The notes: generated by a model from the letters alone, not told the origin. Positions 20,046 through 30,059 are shown, counted from the first letter of the stretch. The stretch is DNA of 64,000 bases from an uncultured candidate division WWE3 bacterium (GCA_903879985.1 CAIRNR010000007.1:649925-713924), one strand, 5' to 3'. Numbers and translations: made by a program.

Positions 20046-20421
20046 AAAAAGCTCCCGTTCCTCCCTACATGCGCAGTTATGCGTATATAAAGATGAACGA
20101 GAGCTCATTAATTTGCTTTTAAAACAAAAAAAAGAGACCCCGTGGTCCCATCATCATTCCAATAAGTTATGAACTTACTGACTCTTGGTCCCGACTCCGT
20201 CGCCTAAAGGCCGACATCAGGTGTTTAATTTTACGGTCAAACTTCCGTTTAAGATTGTGCTGCAGCTTGCAGGCTAATCAGCTTTTCTCTTAACAGGATC
20301 CAGGCTTTACTTTAAAGTATTAGCTAGGTTAAAGGCGTGTTCAAAAGAAGTTTATAAGCAGCTTTCACCGTCCTGCTTCGCTATGTATAAATTATTCTTC
20401 CTACTAGTCCCTTATTTATCC
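20046..20421 (-). ncRNA. T-box riboswitch, His specifier
   Basis: Minus strand: AAGGGACTAGTAG, AGCGAAGC, GGTGAAAGC, GAA-CAC-G-CCTTT; GATGA-TGGGACC-ACG pairing with CGT-TCATC; terminator GCTCTCGTTC/GAACGGGAGC-TTTTT. Confidence 0.9.
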
Positions 20422-20454
20422 TTTATATATGCTATTAAATTTTCAACTGTCCGA

Positions 20455-20483
20455 ATTTTACCATTTTGAAAACTATAAGACAA
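20455..20483 (-). promoter_or_regulatory. sigma70 promoter for the T-box leader
   Basis: TTGTCT-17bp-TAAAAT with TG extended -10. Confidence 0.75.
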
Positions 20484-20531
20484 GTGATAAAATTGCCGAA
20501 ATGCTTTTCATGACTCACAAAGGAGGGAATC

Positions 20532-20804
20532 ATGCAATTCACAATTCCGTTAAACGATGAACAGGATCATGTGATTCACATCGATTGTGTTCGTCAGCCG
20601 ACAGCAAACAAGTGTCACTTAAATGTGAACATTACTTGCCATTGTGGGCAGAATATTTGTGAACCTGTACCTGATGGTTTTTGGAATCTGGTATTGGCTT
20701 CTGTAAAAGAATGGTTTGTTCAAAAGAATAATTTTGGCGGGACACACCTGGATGCACAATGGACTACCAGCGGGCATACGTGCATTGAACTTACGCATTC
20801 GTAG
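20532..20804 (+). CDS. Small Cys/His-rich hypothetical protein
   Basis: SD AAGGAGG; followed by terminator. Confidence 0.65.
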   Translation: MQFTIPLNDEQDHVIHIDCVRQPTANKCHLNVNITCHCGQNICEPVPDGFWNLVLASVKEWFVQKNNFGGTHLDAQWTTSGHTCIELTHS

Positions 20805-20828
20805 GGGAACGTATGAAGCTTAGCGGTT

Positions 20829-20874
20829 GGGGCGTTCAGTAATAACATTAATTTTACTGGGCGCCCTCTTTTTT
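20829..20874 (+). terminator. Intrinsic terminator
   Basis: GGGCGTTCAGTAA/TTACTGGGCGCCC followed by T-run. Confidence 0.75.
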
Positions 20875-20936
20875 GCGCGATCTACTTTTCTTCTACACTT
20901 CCCAACGTGGAGGCAACCTGCTAATATATACCCACT

Positions 20937-21590
20937 ATGGAGATAACTTACATCGGGCATTCATGTTTCAAAATAAAAGGTAAAGAGGCGACATTAATGA
21001 TCGACCCTTACGATCCATCTATTGGTTATAAAATGCCAAAGTCCGAAGCTGACATTTTACTTGTCACACACCAGCACCCAGATCACAATAATATTTCAGC
21101 TGTTAACAATTATAAACTTTTAATTGATGGCCCAGGCGAATACGAAACAAAAGGAACTTTTATTCACGGTATTCAAACTTTTCATGATGATAAACAAGGC
21201 GAAGAGAGAGGTAAACAAACTATCTACGAAATCGATTTTGAAGGTATAAACATAGTCCACCTTGGTGACTTAGGTCATGAACTTCCAAAAGATACTTTAG
21301 AGAAAATTTCAAAAGTAGATGTATTAATGATCCCGGGCGGTGGTTTCTATACTATTAATGCTAAAACAGCCGCTAAAGTTATTTCTTCACTCGAGCCAGG
21401 TTATGTAATACCAATGCACTACAAGGATGAAGGCTACACAGGATCGGAAGAGGTAGATAATCTATCTAAATTCCTAGACGAAATGGGACTCGACGAAAAA
21501 ACAGTTCGTAAAGAAGATAAGTTGAAACTTTCTTCTAAAAGCGATATACCTGAGGAAACTGAGGTTATTGTATTAAACCCCAGTCATTAA
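20937..21590 (+). CDS. MBL-fold metallo-hydrolase
   Basis: GHSCF, DPY, THQHPDH, HLGD, PMHY. Confidence 0.9.
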   Translation: MEITYIGHSCFKIKGKEATLMIDPYDPSIGYKMPKSEADILLVTHQHPDHNNISAVNNYKLLIDGPGEYETKGTFIHGIQTFHDDKQGEERGKQTIYEIDFEGINIVHLGDLGHELPKDTLEKISKVDVLMIPGGGFYTINAKTAAKVISSLEPGYVIPMHYKDEGYTGSEEVDNLSKFLDEMGLDEKTVRKEDKLKLSSKSDIPEETEVIVLNPSH

Positions 21591-21595
21591 TTTCA

Positions 21596-22933
21596 ATGGC
21601 TCCACACAAAGAACAAAAATTAAATCCATCGGTACATGTACCGCCACACGATATTGACGCGGAAAAATCCGTTATTGGTGCGCTACTTATTGATAAAGAT
21701 GCCATCGTTAAGGTAGTAGAATTTTTAAGACCTCAACACTTTTATAGAGACGCTCATTCTCAGATTTACCAAGCAATAATGACTTTGTACGAAAAGCGCG
21801 AGCCTGCAGATTTAATCACTATTCCTAATCAGTTAAAAAAGATGGGCGAACTCGAGCGTATTGGTGGTGTTACATACTTAACCGAACTTGTAAACTCTGT
21901 TCCAACTGCTGCTAACATAGAAGCTTACGCAAAATTGATAAAAACCGACGCCGTTAAGCGTGCGATGATTACTGTCGCATCTCAAATAGGGGAAATGGTC
22001 TTCGAAGAATCAGAGGTTGCAGATTTATTAGATAAATCTGAGCAATTATTGTACGCAGTGTCCCAGGATATGATGTATCAGGACTTTATTCCTATTAAAG
22101 ATACTTTGGAAATTACGTTTGAGCGTTTAGACGAATTAAGTAAACATAAAGGGGCACTCCGTGGCGTACCTACGGGTTTAAAGACAATTGATAAGATGCT
22201 ATCGGGTTTGCAAAAAGAAACTTTGGTAATTTTGGCCGCGCGACCTTCTGTTGGTAAAACTTCACTTGCTTTAAATATTGCCCAACATGCGGCTGTAGAT
22301 AAACACTTTGGTATTGCTATATTCTCACTGGAAATGGGACGAGAAATGTTAGTAGATAAGCTTATATCTGCAGAAGCGGGCATTGATAACTGGAAAATAG
22401 CTACAGGTAACCTAGACGAAGAAGATTTTGAAAAATACGGAGTCGCCGCAGGAGAATTAGCAGAAGCTTCCATTTTTATCGACGACACTCCTGGTATCTC
22501 GACATTAGAAATGAGAACAAAAGCTCGAAGATTATTGCTTGAACACAAAATAGATCTAATTATTGTAGATTACTTGCAATTGATTCACGGCCCTAAGACA
22601 GAGAGTAGAGTACAGGAAGTATCCGAAATTTCTCAGGGTTTAAAAAACTTAGCAAGAGAGTTAAAAGTTCCGGTGCTTGCCTTATCCCAACTTTCTCGTG
22701 CAGTTGAGCAAAGAGGTGGAGATAAAAGACCTCAACTTTCGGATTTACGAGATTCTGGTTCTATTGAGCAAGATGCCGACGTAGTTATGTTTTTGTACCG
22801 CCCAAATGAAGAAGATAGAAGTAATTTAAGACTCAATGTTGCTAAACACCGAACAGGTGCAACCGGAGAAATCGATTTATTCTTTAAAGGTGAGATCACT
22901 AAGTTCTTTGAGATTGAATCTAAGAACCAGTAG
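21596..22933 (+). CDS. dnaB: Replicative DNA helicase
   Basis: AARPSVGKT, FSLEM, DYLQL, SQLSR, LRDSGSIEQDAD. Confidence 0.97.
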   Translation: MAPHKEQKLNPSVHVPPHDIDAEKSVIGALLIDKDAIVKVVEFLRPQHFYRDAHSQIYQAIMTLYEKREPADLITIPNQLKKMGELERIGGVTYLTELVNSVPTAANIEAYAKLIKTDAVKRAMITVASQIGEMVFEESEVADLLDKSEQLLYAVSQDMMYQDFIPIKDTLEITFERLDELSKHKGALRGVPTGLKTIDKMLSGLQKETLVILAARPSVGKTSLALNIAQHAAVDKHFGIAIFSLEMGREMLVDKLISAEAGIDNWKIATGNLDEEDFEKYGVAAGELAEASIFIDDTPGISTLEMRTKARRLLLEHKIDLIIVDYLQLIHGPKTESRVQEVSEISQGLKNLARELKVPVLALSQLSRAVEQRGGDKRPQLSDLRDSGSIEQDADVVMFLYRPNEEDRSNLRLNVAKHRTGATGEIDLFFKGEITKFFEIESKNQ

Positions 22934-22989
22934 TGCGTAGCAGGGGACAAACTGCTATAATCTGTAAGCTTTTTAGGTAATTATTGTGG

Positions 22990-23076
22990 GCCGTGGTGGC
23001 GGAATGGTATACGCGGTGGTCTCAAAAACCACTGGGATCTAATCCCGTGTGAGTTCGACTCTCACTCACGGCACCA
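22990..23076 (+). tRNA. tRNA-Leu(CAA)
   Basis: GCCGTGG/TCACGGC acceptor stem, GTGGT-CTCAAAA-ACCAC anticodon arm, long variable arm, GTTCGA, encoded CCA. Confidence 0.96.
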
Positions 23077-23216
23077 TATAAATCTCTGCAGTATGTAGGG
23101 AACGACGTTTTTCCATTTAAAGCTTCTATTTGCATACTAACTATATTTCCTCTAAAATCCCGTTAATTGTTGCTAATCTAATCCAAAAAACCAATCAAAG
23201 AAAGTGAGAGAACAGT

Positions 23217-23522
23217 ATGTTTGAAGTACATGATCCCAAAAAGCATGGATCTGTTACATGGTTTATTGAGAATGCCCTTTGTGTGATTAAGGCTTATATG
23301 CCAGAGAAATATGAAGGTCGTTCGGCTGAATGGCTTTCGGAAAAATTGAACACGAACAAGGTTTTTGCAATGAGGTTCCTTCATGGTGACGTATCCATGG
23401 TCTCATTGTTTATGGCCCAAAAAATAGTAGATCTGTGCAATGATTTAGGCGTGGACGTGCTTATCAGTACTTTGCTGACACGCGATCCTGCTGAATTCAA
23501 ACCACAGGACTACAAAAAATAA
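23217..23522 (+). CDS. Small XRE/Cro-like HTH protein
   Basis: SAEWLSEKLNTNKVFAMRFLHG...L.MAQKI....LGV pattern. Confidence 0.6.
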   Translation: MFEVHDPKKHGSVTWFIENALCVIKAYMPEKYEGRSAEWLSEKLNTNKVFAMRFLHGDVSMVSLFMAQKIVDLCNDLGVDVLISTLLTRDPAEFKPQDYKK

Positions 23523-23650
23523 AACGAGTTTTAAAAATATTGATTTAGCAACATAAGGTTATAGCGGCACCAGTCATAAAAGACAAAGCCGCTATTTTAC
23601 TGCGTCAGGGGGTTGTTACTACCCATGAACTTGGAGTACAATATCCCCGT

Positions 23651-24202
23651 ATGCTAGCCTCAGACCTAAAAACAGGAAAAATATTTCAAGAAAACGGAAC
23701 CCCTCTATTGGTTCTAAAGTACGAACACATAAAAGTAAGCCGAGGAAGTGCCCAGGTTAAGGTTCGTGTTCGAAACTTGCTAACCGATCAGGTGTTTGAG
23801 CGCAGTTTTCAGTCGACGGGAAAAGTAGAACCAGCAGATGTTTACATGAAGAATGTTCAGTACTTATATAATGACGGTTCATTTGTCTTTATGGACCCAG
23901 ATACCTTCGAGCAGTTCTCAATTGATCAGGAAGTAATAGGGGACAGTTCTAGATTTTTAATTGAAGGACAAACCTGCTTAGTTCAGTACTTTAACGACAA
24001 AGCCATTTCAGTAGAATTGCCCGCAACCATGATTTTTGAGGTCGACTACACAGAACCAGGCTTTAAAGGAAATACAGTTTCAAATGTCTTAAAAGATGCA
24101 ACTTTGACTAATGGTGCAGTAGTAAAGGTGCCTACCTTCGTGAAAATAGGCGACAAAGTTAAAATCGATACTCGTTCCGGTGAATACGTTTCAAAGGCGT
24201 AA
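23651..24202 (+). CDS. efp: Elongation factor P
   Basis: QYLY.DG, FMDPDTFEQ, PGFKGNT, VP.F, DTRSGEY. Confidence 0.96.
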   Translation: MLASDLKTGKIFQENGTPLLVLKYEHIKVSRGSAQVKVRVRNLLTDQVFERSFQSTGKVEPADVYMKNVQYLYNDGSFVFMDPDTFEQFSIDQEVIGDSSRFLIEGQTCLVQYFNDKAISVELPATMIFEVDYTEPGFKGNTVSNVLKDATLTNGAVVKVPTFVKIGDKVKIDTRSGEYVSKA

Positions 24203-24242
24203 ACTTCACACGCCAATCCCGTTGATATAGTACAATTAGCAT

Positions 24243-25256
24243 ATGCTGTTAACTGAAACGATTACACTAAGTAGTCTCACATTTCCTACATTCTATTTAG
24301 TAATACTGTTGGGTTTTATTTTTTGGTTGTTCATTTTGTGGTACGAATCAAAAAAGGATGGTTTTGACACAGAACATTTCTTTGATTTGGTATCTTTGTC
24401 ACTCATTTGTGGTGCTGTGGCTTATTGGGCAGCTCATTCTTTTTATAACTATTTGGAAATATATTACCCTACAAACATTTTACTAAAGCCGGATAAGGCC
24501 TTGATTATGGTATTCACGCCCTTTTGGGCGGCTTTGATCCCAACTTTTATTATGGCGGCTAAGAGAAAATGGTCGAAATATCGTATTTTGGATATATATG
24601 CCTTAGCATTTGGGTTTTTGACTATCTTCCTGAGTTTTGGGTGGTTTTTAATCTACGGCACGTTTGAATATATGGTTGTGGCAGCGTTAACGCTAATCTT
24701 TTACTTTGGTGTTTTAAGATTTAGAGGTTACAAATTCGTGTCAGGTCTCGTATTTTCGCAATTTATCTTCTTTTTAATCCTTCTGCTTGTTTCGTTCCTA
24801 CGTTATCAGGGTTACTTGCTCTTTTCTGGGGTATTGTTTATGATTGCAGTAGTTAATTTGTACTTTAGGAGAAAAAGATATATGCAGAATAAAAGAAGTT
24901 TACCTATAGATTTACTAAACTTAGTAAAATCAAAGCTTACTAAAAGAGAAAAAGAGTTGACGCAAGAACAACAGTTGTTGCATAAAGAAGACCCTTATCA
25001 AGCGGAGAATAGAGATTCAGGCAATTCTGAATATATAGATGAAGCAATACTGGAAGATCAGGCTAAAACTGAGATTGATGCCAGAATGGATATCGCCAGT
25101 GGTATGAAATTGCAGATACGTAAAGCTTTGGCAGCACTTAAGATTGGAAAATATGGTATTTGTGAGGTTTGCGGTAAACCAATAGATCCAGCCAGACTTA
25201 GGGTATATCCACAAGCAACAACTTGTATGGAACATGCAGATCGACCATCTGCCTAA
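24243..25256 (+). CDS. Lgt-like membrane domain fused to TraR/DksA zinc finger
   Basis: Multi-TM N-terminus with LD..A; C-terminal AL....G.YGICEVCGKPI...RL...P....C. Confidence 0.75.
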   Translation: MLLTETITLSSLTFPTFYLVILLGFIFWLFILWYESKKDGFDTEHFFDLVSLSLICGAVAYWAAHSFYNYLEIYYPTNILLKPDKALIMVFTPFWAALIPTFIMAAKRKWSKYRILDIYALAFGFLTIFLSFGWFLIYGTFEYMVVAALTLIFYFGVLRFRGYKFVSGLVFSQFIFFLILLLVSFLRYQGYLLFSGVLFMIAVVNLYFRRKRYMQNKRSLPIDLLNLVKSKLTKREKELTQEQQLLHKEDPYQAENRDSGNSEYIDEAILEDQAKTEIDARMDIASGMKLQIRKALAALKIGKYGICEVCGKPIDPARLRVYPQATTCMEHADRPSA

Positions 25257-25262
25257 AAACCA

Positions 25263-25577
25263 GTGTTTGTTAACTCTTACAATTGTACTTATGTATTCTC
25301 GGGACTAATGTCTCAGAATTTATTCGTTTTTCTAACTTTTGCTGTACTTTTGGTGTTTGTTTATGTATATATAACAACGCACAAGAGGACGATAGTCTCA
25401 AACATTGGTATTGTGACGCTGTTTTGTGGTGGTACGCTAAATTTGATAGAACGCCTAAGATTTGGTTGTGTTAAGGATTATCTCAACTTTTTCGGTTTAT
25501 TTGCATTTAACGTGTATGATGTCATGGTTAGCGTAGGAATTTTATTGATCGTTTGGAACCTATGGAAGAAAAAATAA
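25263..25577 (+). CDS. lspA: Short lipoprotein signal peptidase II
   Basis: GG.LNLIER, G.VKDY, FNVYD with both catalytic Asp; N-terminal helix appears missing. Confidence 0.75.
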   Translation: MFVNSYNCTYVFSGLMSQNLFVFLTFAVLLVFVYVYITTHKRTIVSNIGIVTLFCGGTLNLIERLRFGCVKDYLNFFGLFAFNVYDVMVSVGILLIVWNLWKKK

Positions 25578-26257
25578 CAAAAATCTATGAAAATGACGAC
25601 TATGTCGTAATAGACAAACCCGCAGGGCTTGTTGTAAACCGTTCCAATACCAACGCTACCGAGACATTACAAGACATGTTAGAAGAAGAGTCTGATACTT
25701 ATCAAACAGCCACAGAAACCGATTTTTCATCAAGAGCGGGTATTGTTCATAGATTGGACAAGGACACTTCAGGCGTTTTGGTTGTAGCGAAGAATGAAGA
25801 AACGTTTCTAAACTTGCAAAAGCAGTTCAAAGAACGTCAAACTAAGAAAGAATATCTTGCCATAGTTTATGGTCAAATAGCAGACTTTATTATAGATATT
25901 GACGCACCCATAAGAAGAAATCCTTCTAATCCTTTGAAGTTAGCTATTGTTGCAGACGGTAAGCCTTCTCAGACACATATAGAACGAGTTAAAAACTTTG
26001 GTATAGGTCAAAACATGTATTGTTTGTTAAAAGTGTATCCAAAGACCGGTCGTACACATCAGATTCGTGTACACCTAACTGCGTTAAATCATCCTATTGT
26101 AGGAGATCACATATATGCTTCTAAGAATTTATTAATGAACTCCAGTACTGATTTTTCCAGATTAATGCTTCATGCAAAGTCTTTAAGTTTCCTAGATCCA
26201 AAAACAGCAAAGCCTGTTGAATACGTTTCCCCAACACCACTTGAATTTGAAGTCTAA
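25562..26257 (+). CDS. RluA-family pseudouridine synthase
   Basis: DKPAG, HRLDKDTSG, TGRTHQIRVH, LHA. Confidence 0.93.
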   Translation: MEEKITKIYENDDYVVIDKPAGLVVNRSNTNATETLQDMLEEESDTYQTATETDFSSRAGIVHRLDKDTSGVLVVAKNEETFLNLQKQFKERQTKKEYLAIVYGQIADFIIDIDAPIRRNPSNPLKLAIVADGKPSQTHIERVKNFGIGQNMYCLLKVYPKTGRTHQIRVHLTALNHPIVGDHIYASKNLLMNSSTDFSRLMLHAKSLSFLDPKTAKPVEYVSPTPLEFEV

Positions 26258-26300
26258 CTATTGCCTACAAATACACAATATTGCATAATATTAGTGCGAT

Positions 26301-27392
26301 ATGCCTGCCTATACCAATACTCTAAGTAAAAGTAGTTATAAAAGTAGCCCTAAGAAACCCAAAAATGTTTCCAGTCGTAAAAAAATTGTTAACAGGGCTG
26401 CGAAGAAACATCTTGGTAGAATACTTATTACCGCATCTATCATACTGGTGTCGGCTTTGTTTTTAGGTACATACGGTTTATTTAAATATCTCAATAAAAA
26501 CTTTGCTTCTGCTTTATCCGTTTCAAATTATTCAATTGATAATGACGATTTTCCGAGTGTTGCCTATATCACAGTAGAGGATTTTAATGCTGACCCGATT
26601 GTTGTAAAAAAAGTTGAATTTTTCATTTTTGATAAAACTAAAAAAGAAGTTGTTCGTTACGATATTCCTTTAGACTTTGTAGCGGCTGTTCCCGGTAAAT
26701 TTGGCCAAGAAGAAATTTCACGTATTTTTGCGTTAGGCGCATTGAACTCTAAGGACCCCTTGGTGGATGGTACAAATTTAATGGAAAAGACTTTGTTTAA
26801 AACTTTTGCCTATAAGGTTGATAAATATATACTTATTGATCAAAGCTTGGAAAAAGATACAGATAAACTTTTTAACGGAAGTAGCGTGCTTAGTTATTTA
26901 GATTTAAAAGAGGTTTCTGGGATATCTCGTTCTTTGCACACGGATATGACTTTAAAAGAGTTATATGAAATTAATAGATTCATTAGTTCTATACCCTTGG
27001 ACAAAAAGGTTATTCATAACTCCGCAGACGCTTTTGCCGCTGCCGACGAAGAAATCAAAGAATTAACCTACGATTCCAAAATAGTTTCCGAAAAAAAGAA
27101 TATTGCATTACTAAATGGTACTGATTTTTCCGGAGTTGCCACTTTTGCTTCTAGAGTGGTAACAAACATGGGAGGTAGAGTAGTGGCATCGTCAAATACT
27201 CAAAACACCTATGATACCAGTTGCATAATTACAGACGATCCCACAAGTTCTACAGTAGCCTTCTTATCTAGGGTATTTCATATAACCAAAATACTAACAA
27301 AGGCCGATGCTACAGGGTTTTTCGAGAGCGAGATTGATAGGGCAGACATCACCGTTATCTTCGGATTTGACATTTCTGGGCAAGTATATTAG
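26301..27392 (+). CDS. LCP-like protein with LytR C-terminal domain
   Basis: TM anchor; LLNGT..SG.A, DITVIFG.D. Confidence 0.75.
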   Translation: MPAYTNTLSKSSYKSSPKKPKNVSSRKKIVNRAAKKHLGRILITASIILVSALFLGTYGLFKYLNKNFASALSVSNYSIDNDDFPSVAYITVEDFNADPIVVKKVEFFIFDKTKKEVVRYDIPLDFVAAVPGKFGQEEISRIFALGALNSKDPLVDGTNLMEKTLFKTFAYKVDKYILIDQSLEKDTDKLFNGSSVLSYLDLKEVSGISRSLHTDMTLKELYEINRFISSIPLDKKVIHNSADAFAAADEEIKELTYDSKIVSEKKNIALLNGTDFSGVATFASRVVTNMGGRVVASSNTQNTYDTSCIITDDPTSSTVAFLSRVFHITKILTKADATGFFESEIDRADITVIFGFDISGQVY

Positions 27393-27420
27393 ACTTTCAG
27401 CTAGTACTCTCTCCTTTCTA

Positions 27421-27450
27421 CCCCCGTCCCAAATTAGGGCGGGGGCTTTT
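27421..27450 (+). terminator. Intrinsic terminator
   Basis: CCCCCGTCC/GGGCGGGGG followed by CTTTT. Confidence 0.65.
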
Positions 27451-27479
27451 GTGTTTTAAACCCCCTTTTATAAAAAAAT

Positions 27480-30059
27480 ATGATATATAGCTACATAGGT
27501 CTAATTATTCTTTCAGTTTTAGCTGTTTTATTTATTGTTTATATGAGAATTCGCAAAACATCACCTTCGGAGTCTGCAGCACCGACTATACGAAAATCAG
27601 GTGTTGAGATACTTGAAGTACGTTTAAGTCGTAATGAAGAGGAATCTAAAATTCCGGGATTTTCGGCAATGTCTGCTGAAAACATGTTTGCAGCGTTACA
27701 TGGACTATTAAAAGATGATTCTAACAATCAAGAACATATATCTTTTGAAATAGTATCATCAGGTGCGCATGGTCTTAAATTTTTTGTTGCTGTCCCACCC
27801 AATATTTTAAAATTTGTCGAATCTCAGATTTATGCCCAATATCCTACTGCGGAAATTAAAGCGGTTGAGGATTACACGCGCAGTGTAGAAGTTACCGGTG
27901 AAAAATTTGAAATTGCTACAGTAACTCTGACTAAGCCAATTTATTTTCCAATTAAAAGTTTTAGAGATTTTGAAATAGATCCCATATCCTCACTAACATC
28001 AGCCTTATCTTCGGTTGCTGGAGAAGAGGAGATATGGATTCAGTTAATGGTAAAACCTATTCCTGATGTGTGGCAAAAAGAAGGTTTTACCTATGTTAAG
28101 ACATTACGTGATGGCGGAAATCCCTCGGCCAAAAACCCGAACTTTTTCCAGACAGTACTTTCTGTTGCGGGTAAGGAAGCTGGCGCTATAGCAGCAGGTA
28201 CATTATCTAATGCATTTAAATATCCTGAACCTGTTGATACCAGAAAACCAAGTGGTGGTGCACCCTTAGCTCCAAGAATTACAGGATCTCAAGAGTTGGA
28301 ATTAAGGGCTATTGAAAATAAGCTTTCCAAAATGGCGTACGAAGTAAATATTAGAGTTTTGGCCTGTGCGCCAAGTCAAGAAAGAGTAGATAGTAATATC
28401 CGTTCCGCGCTGGCTACATTCAGACAATACTCGACTATTAACTTAAATACCTTTACATACGGTGTTTCGTCCAACCATGCGCGATTATTAAGTGATTATA
28501 AAGGTAGATGTTTTGATTCAGGGAATAGCATCGTTTTAAACACTGAAGAACTCGCGACATTTTTTCATTTCCCAACCGGTGATTCTGATACGCCAAACAT
28601 GTCTTGGGTTTACTCTCGTAAATCAGAACCACCTGCAAATCTTCCTACGGACAACTGCTGTTTTATAGGCGAAACAATGTACCGAAACAAAAGAGTTAAG
28701 TTTGGTTTACGTAACGACGATGACCGTTTACGCCATTTATATGTAATAGGGAAATCAGGTACAGGTAAATCTACATTGTTTGAGTCAATGATTACACAGG
28801 ATATTGCTAACGGTGCAGGAGTTGGTGTTTTAGATCCCCACGGTGAAACAATAGAAAAGATTTTGGATAGAATTCCAGATAATAGAGTAGAGGATGTTAT
28901 TTACTTTGATCCATCCGACGCGGAAATGCCTATTGGCTTGAATCTGCTTGAAATAGACAATCCTTCTCAAAAGAATCTTATGGCTTCTGGATTAGTAGCA
29001 GCAATTAGACAGCACTTCGATTATTCATGGGGTCCTCGTTTGGAGTATTTACTTAACTACGCAATTTTAACGCTGCTAGAAGTTCCGGGAACTAACATGT
29101 TGGGTATCACGCGTTTGCTTGAGGATAAAAATTATCAGGCATATATATTGCATTCAGTTAAAGATCCTTTAGTGGTTAAGTTTTGGGAAACCGAGTTTAA
29201 AGAAATGAAGGGTAACCAAAAACTAGTAACTGAAGCTATTTCACCAATCCAAAACAAAGTTAACAGATTTTTGGCATCTACTACTATTAGAAATGTATTA
29301 GGCCAGAGACACTCTTCCTTGGACATTGAGGACGCAATGAACTCAAGTAAGATTCTATTAATCAATTTGTCTAAAGGTAAAATAGGAGGAGATAACGCAA
29401 ACTTGTTGGGTGCCTTACTTGTGTCGCGTATTCAATTTTATGCCTTACAACGTGCCAATTTGGCCCCTGAAAAGCGTAAACCGTTCTACTTGTATGTTGA
29501 TGAGTTTCAAAACTTTGCTACCGGAAGTTTTGAGGAAATTCTATCTGAATCACGAAAATACAAACTTGGATTATATTTAACCCATCAGTTTACGGCACAG
29601 CTTCCTGAAACCTTGTTAAAAGCAGTTTATGGTAACGTTGGAACTATCATGTCTTTTTCTTTAGGTGCGCCTGATGCTAAAGAATTGGCTAACGAATTTG
29701 CTCCATATTTTACCGCTGACGATATCATTTCACTTGAACGTTTTCATGTATATATGAAGCTAATGATTGACGGTATGACATCGCATCCGTTTTCTTCCAG
29801 AATTTTGGTACCTTGGGAAGATAACTTTTTGATTAAGAAAACAGATAATAGGGAGCGCGCTATTCAACGCAGTCGTGAGAAATATGGTACGCCAAGAGAG
29901 CATGTAGAGGCTAAGATAAACAAGTGGATAGAAACTAAATTTGACAAAGGTATGGCAATTGCTCAAGAATATAAGAGTAAGAATCCTGGTCAACCAGAAG
30001 CCCCTGTAACAGACTCTGGTACTTCGGTTACAATGAACTTACCGAACTCCGGGAATTAA
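27480..30059 (+). CDS. TraD/VirD4-HerA-like (DUF87) ATPase
   Basis: TM anchor, RHLYVIGKSGTGKS, LDPHG, LYVDEFQNF, SESRKY, HQ. Confidence 0.88.
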   Translation: MIYSYIGLIILSVLAVLFIVYMRIRKTSPSESAAPTIRKSGVEILEVRLSRNEEESKIPGFSAMSAENMFAALHGLLKDDSNNQEHISFEIVSSGAHGLKFFVAVPPNILKFVESQIYAQYPTAEIKAVEDYTRSVEVTGEKFEIATVTLTKPIYFPIKSFRDFEIDPISSLTSALSSVAGEEEIWIQLMVKPIPDVWQKEGFTYVKTLRDGGNPSAKNPNFFQTVLSVAGKEAGAIAAGTLSNAFKYPEPVDTRKPSGGAPLAPRITGSQELELRAIENKLSKMAYEVNIRVLACAPSQERVDSNIRSALATFRQYSTINLNTFTYGVSSNHARLLSDYKGRCFDSGNSIVLNTEELATFFHFPTGDSDTPNMSWVYSRKSEPPANLPTDNCCFIGETMYRNKRVKFGLRNDDDRLRHLYVIGKSGTGKSTLFESMITQDIANGAGVGVLDPHGETIEKILDRIPDNRVEDVIYFDPSDAEMPIGLNLLEIDNPSQKNLMASGLVAAIRQHFDYSWGPRLEYLLNYAILTLLEVPGTNMLGITRLLEDKNYQAYILHSVKDPLVVKFWETEFKEMKGNQKLVTEAISPIQNKVNRFLASTTIRNVLGQRHSSLDIEDAMNSSKILLINLSKGKIGGDNANLLGALLVSRIQFYALQRANLAPEKRKPFYLYVDEFQNFATGSFEEILSESRKYKLGLYLTHQFTAQLPETLLKAVYGNVGTIMSFSLGAPDAKELANEFAPYFTADDIISLERFHVYMKLMIDGMTSHPFSSRILVPWEDNFLIKKTDNRERAIQRSREKYGTPREHVEAKINKWIETKFDKGMAIAQEYKSKNPGQPEAPVTDSGTSVTMNLPNSGN

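Noticed and set aside
27480..30059. Conjugative element
   Set aside because: Lone ATPase among housekeeping genes; no relaxase, mating-pair genes or att ends
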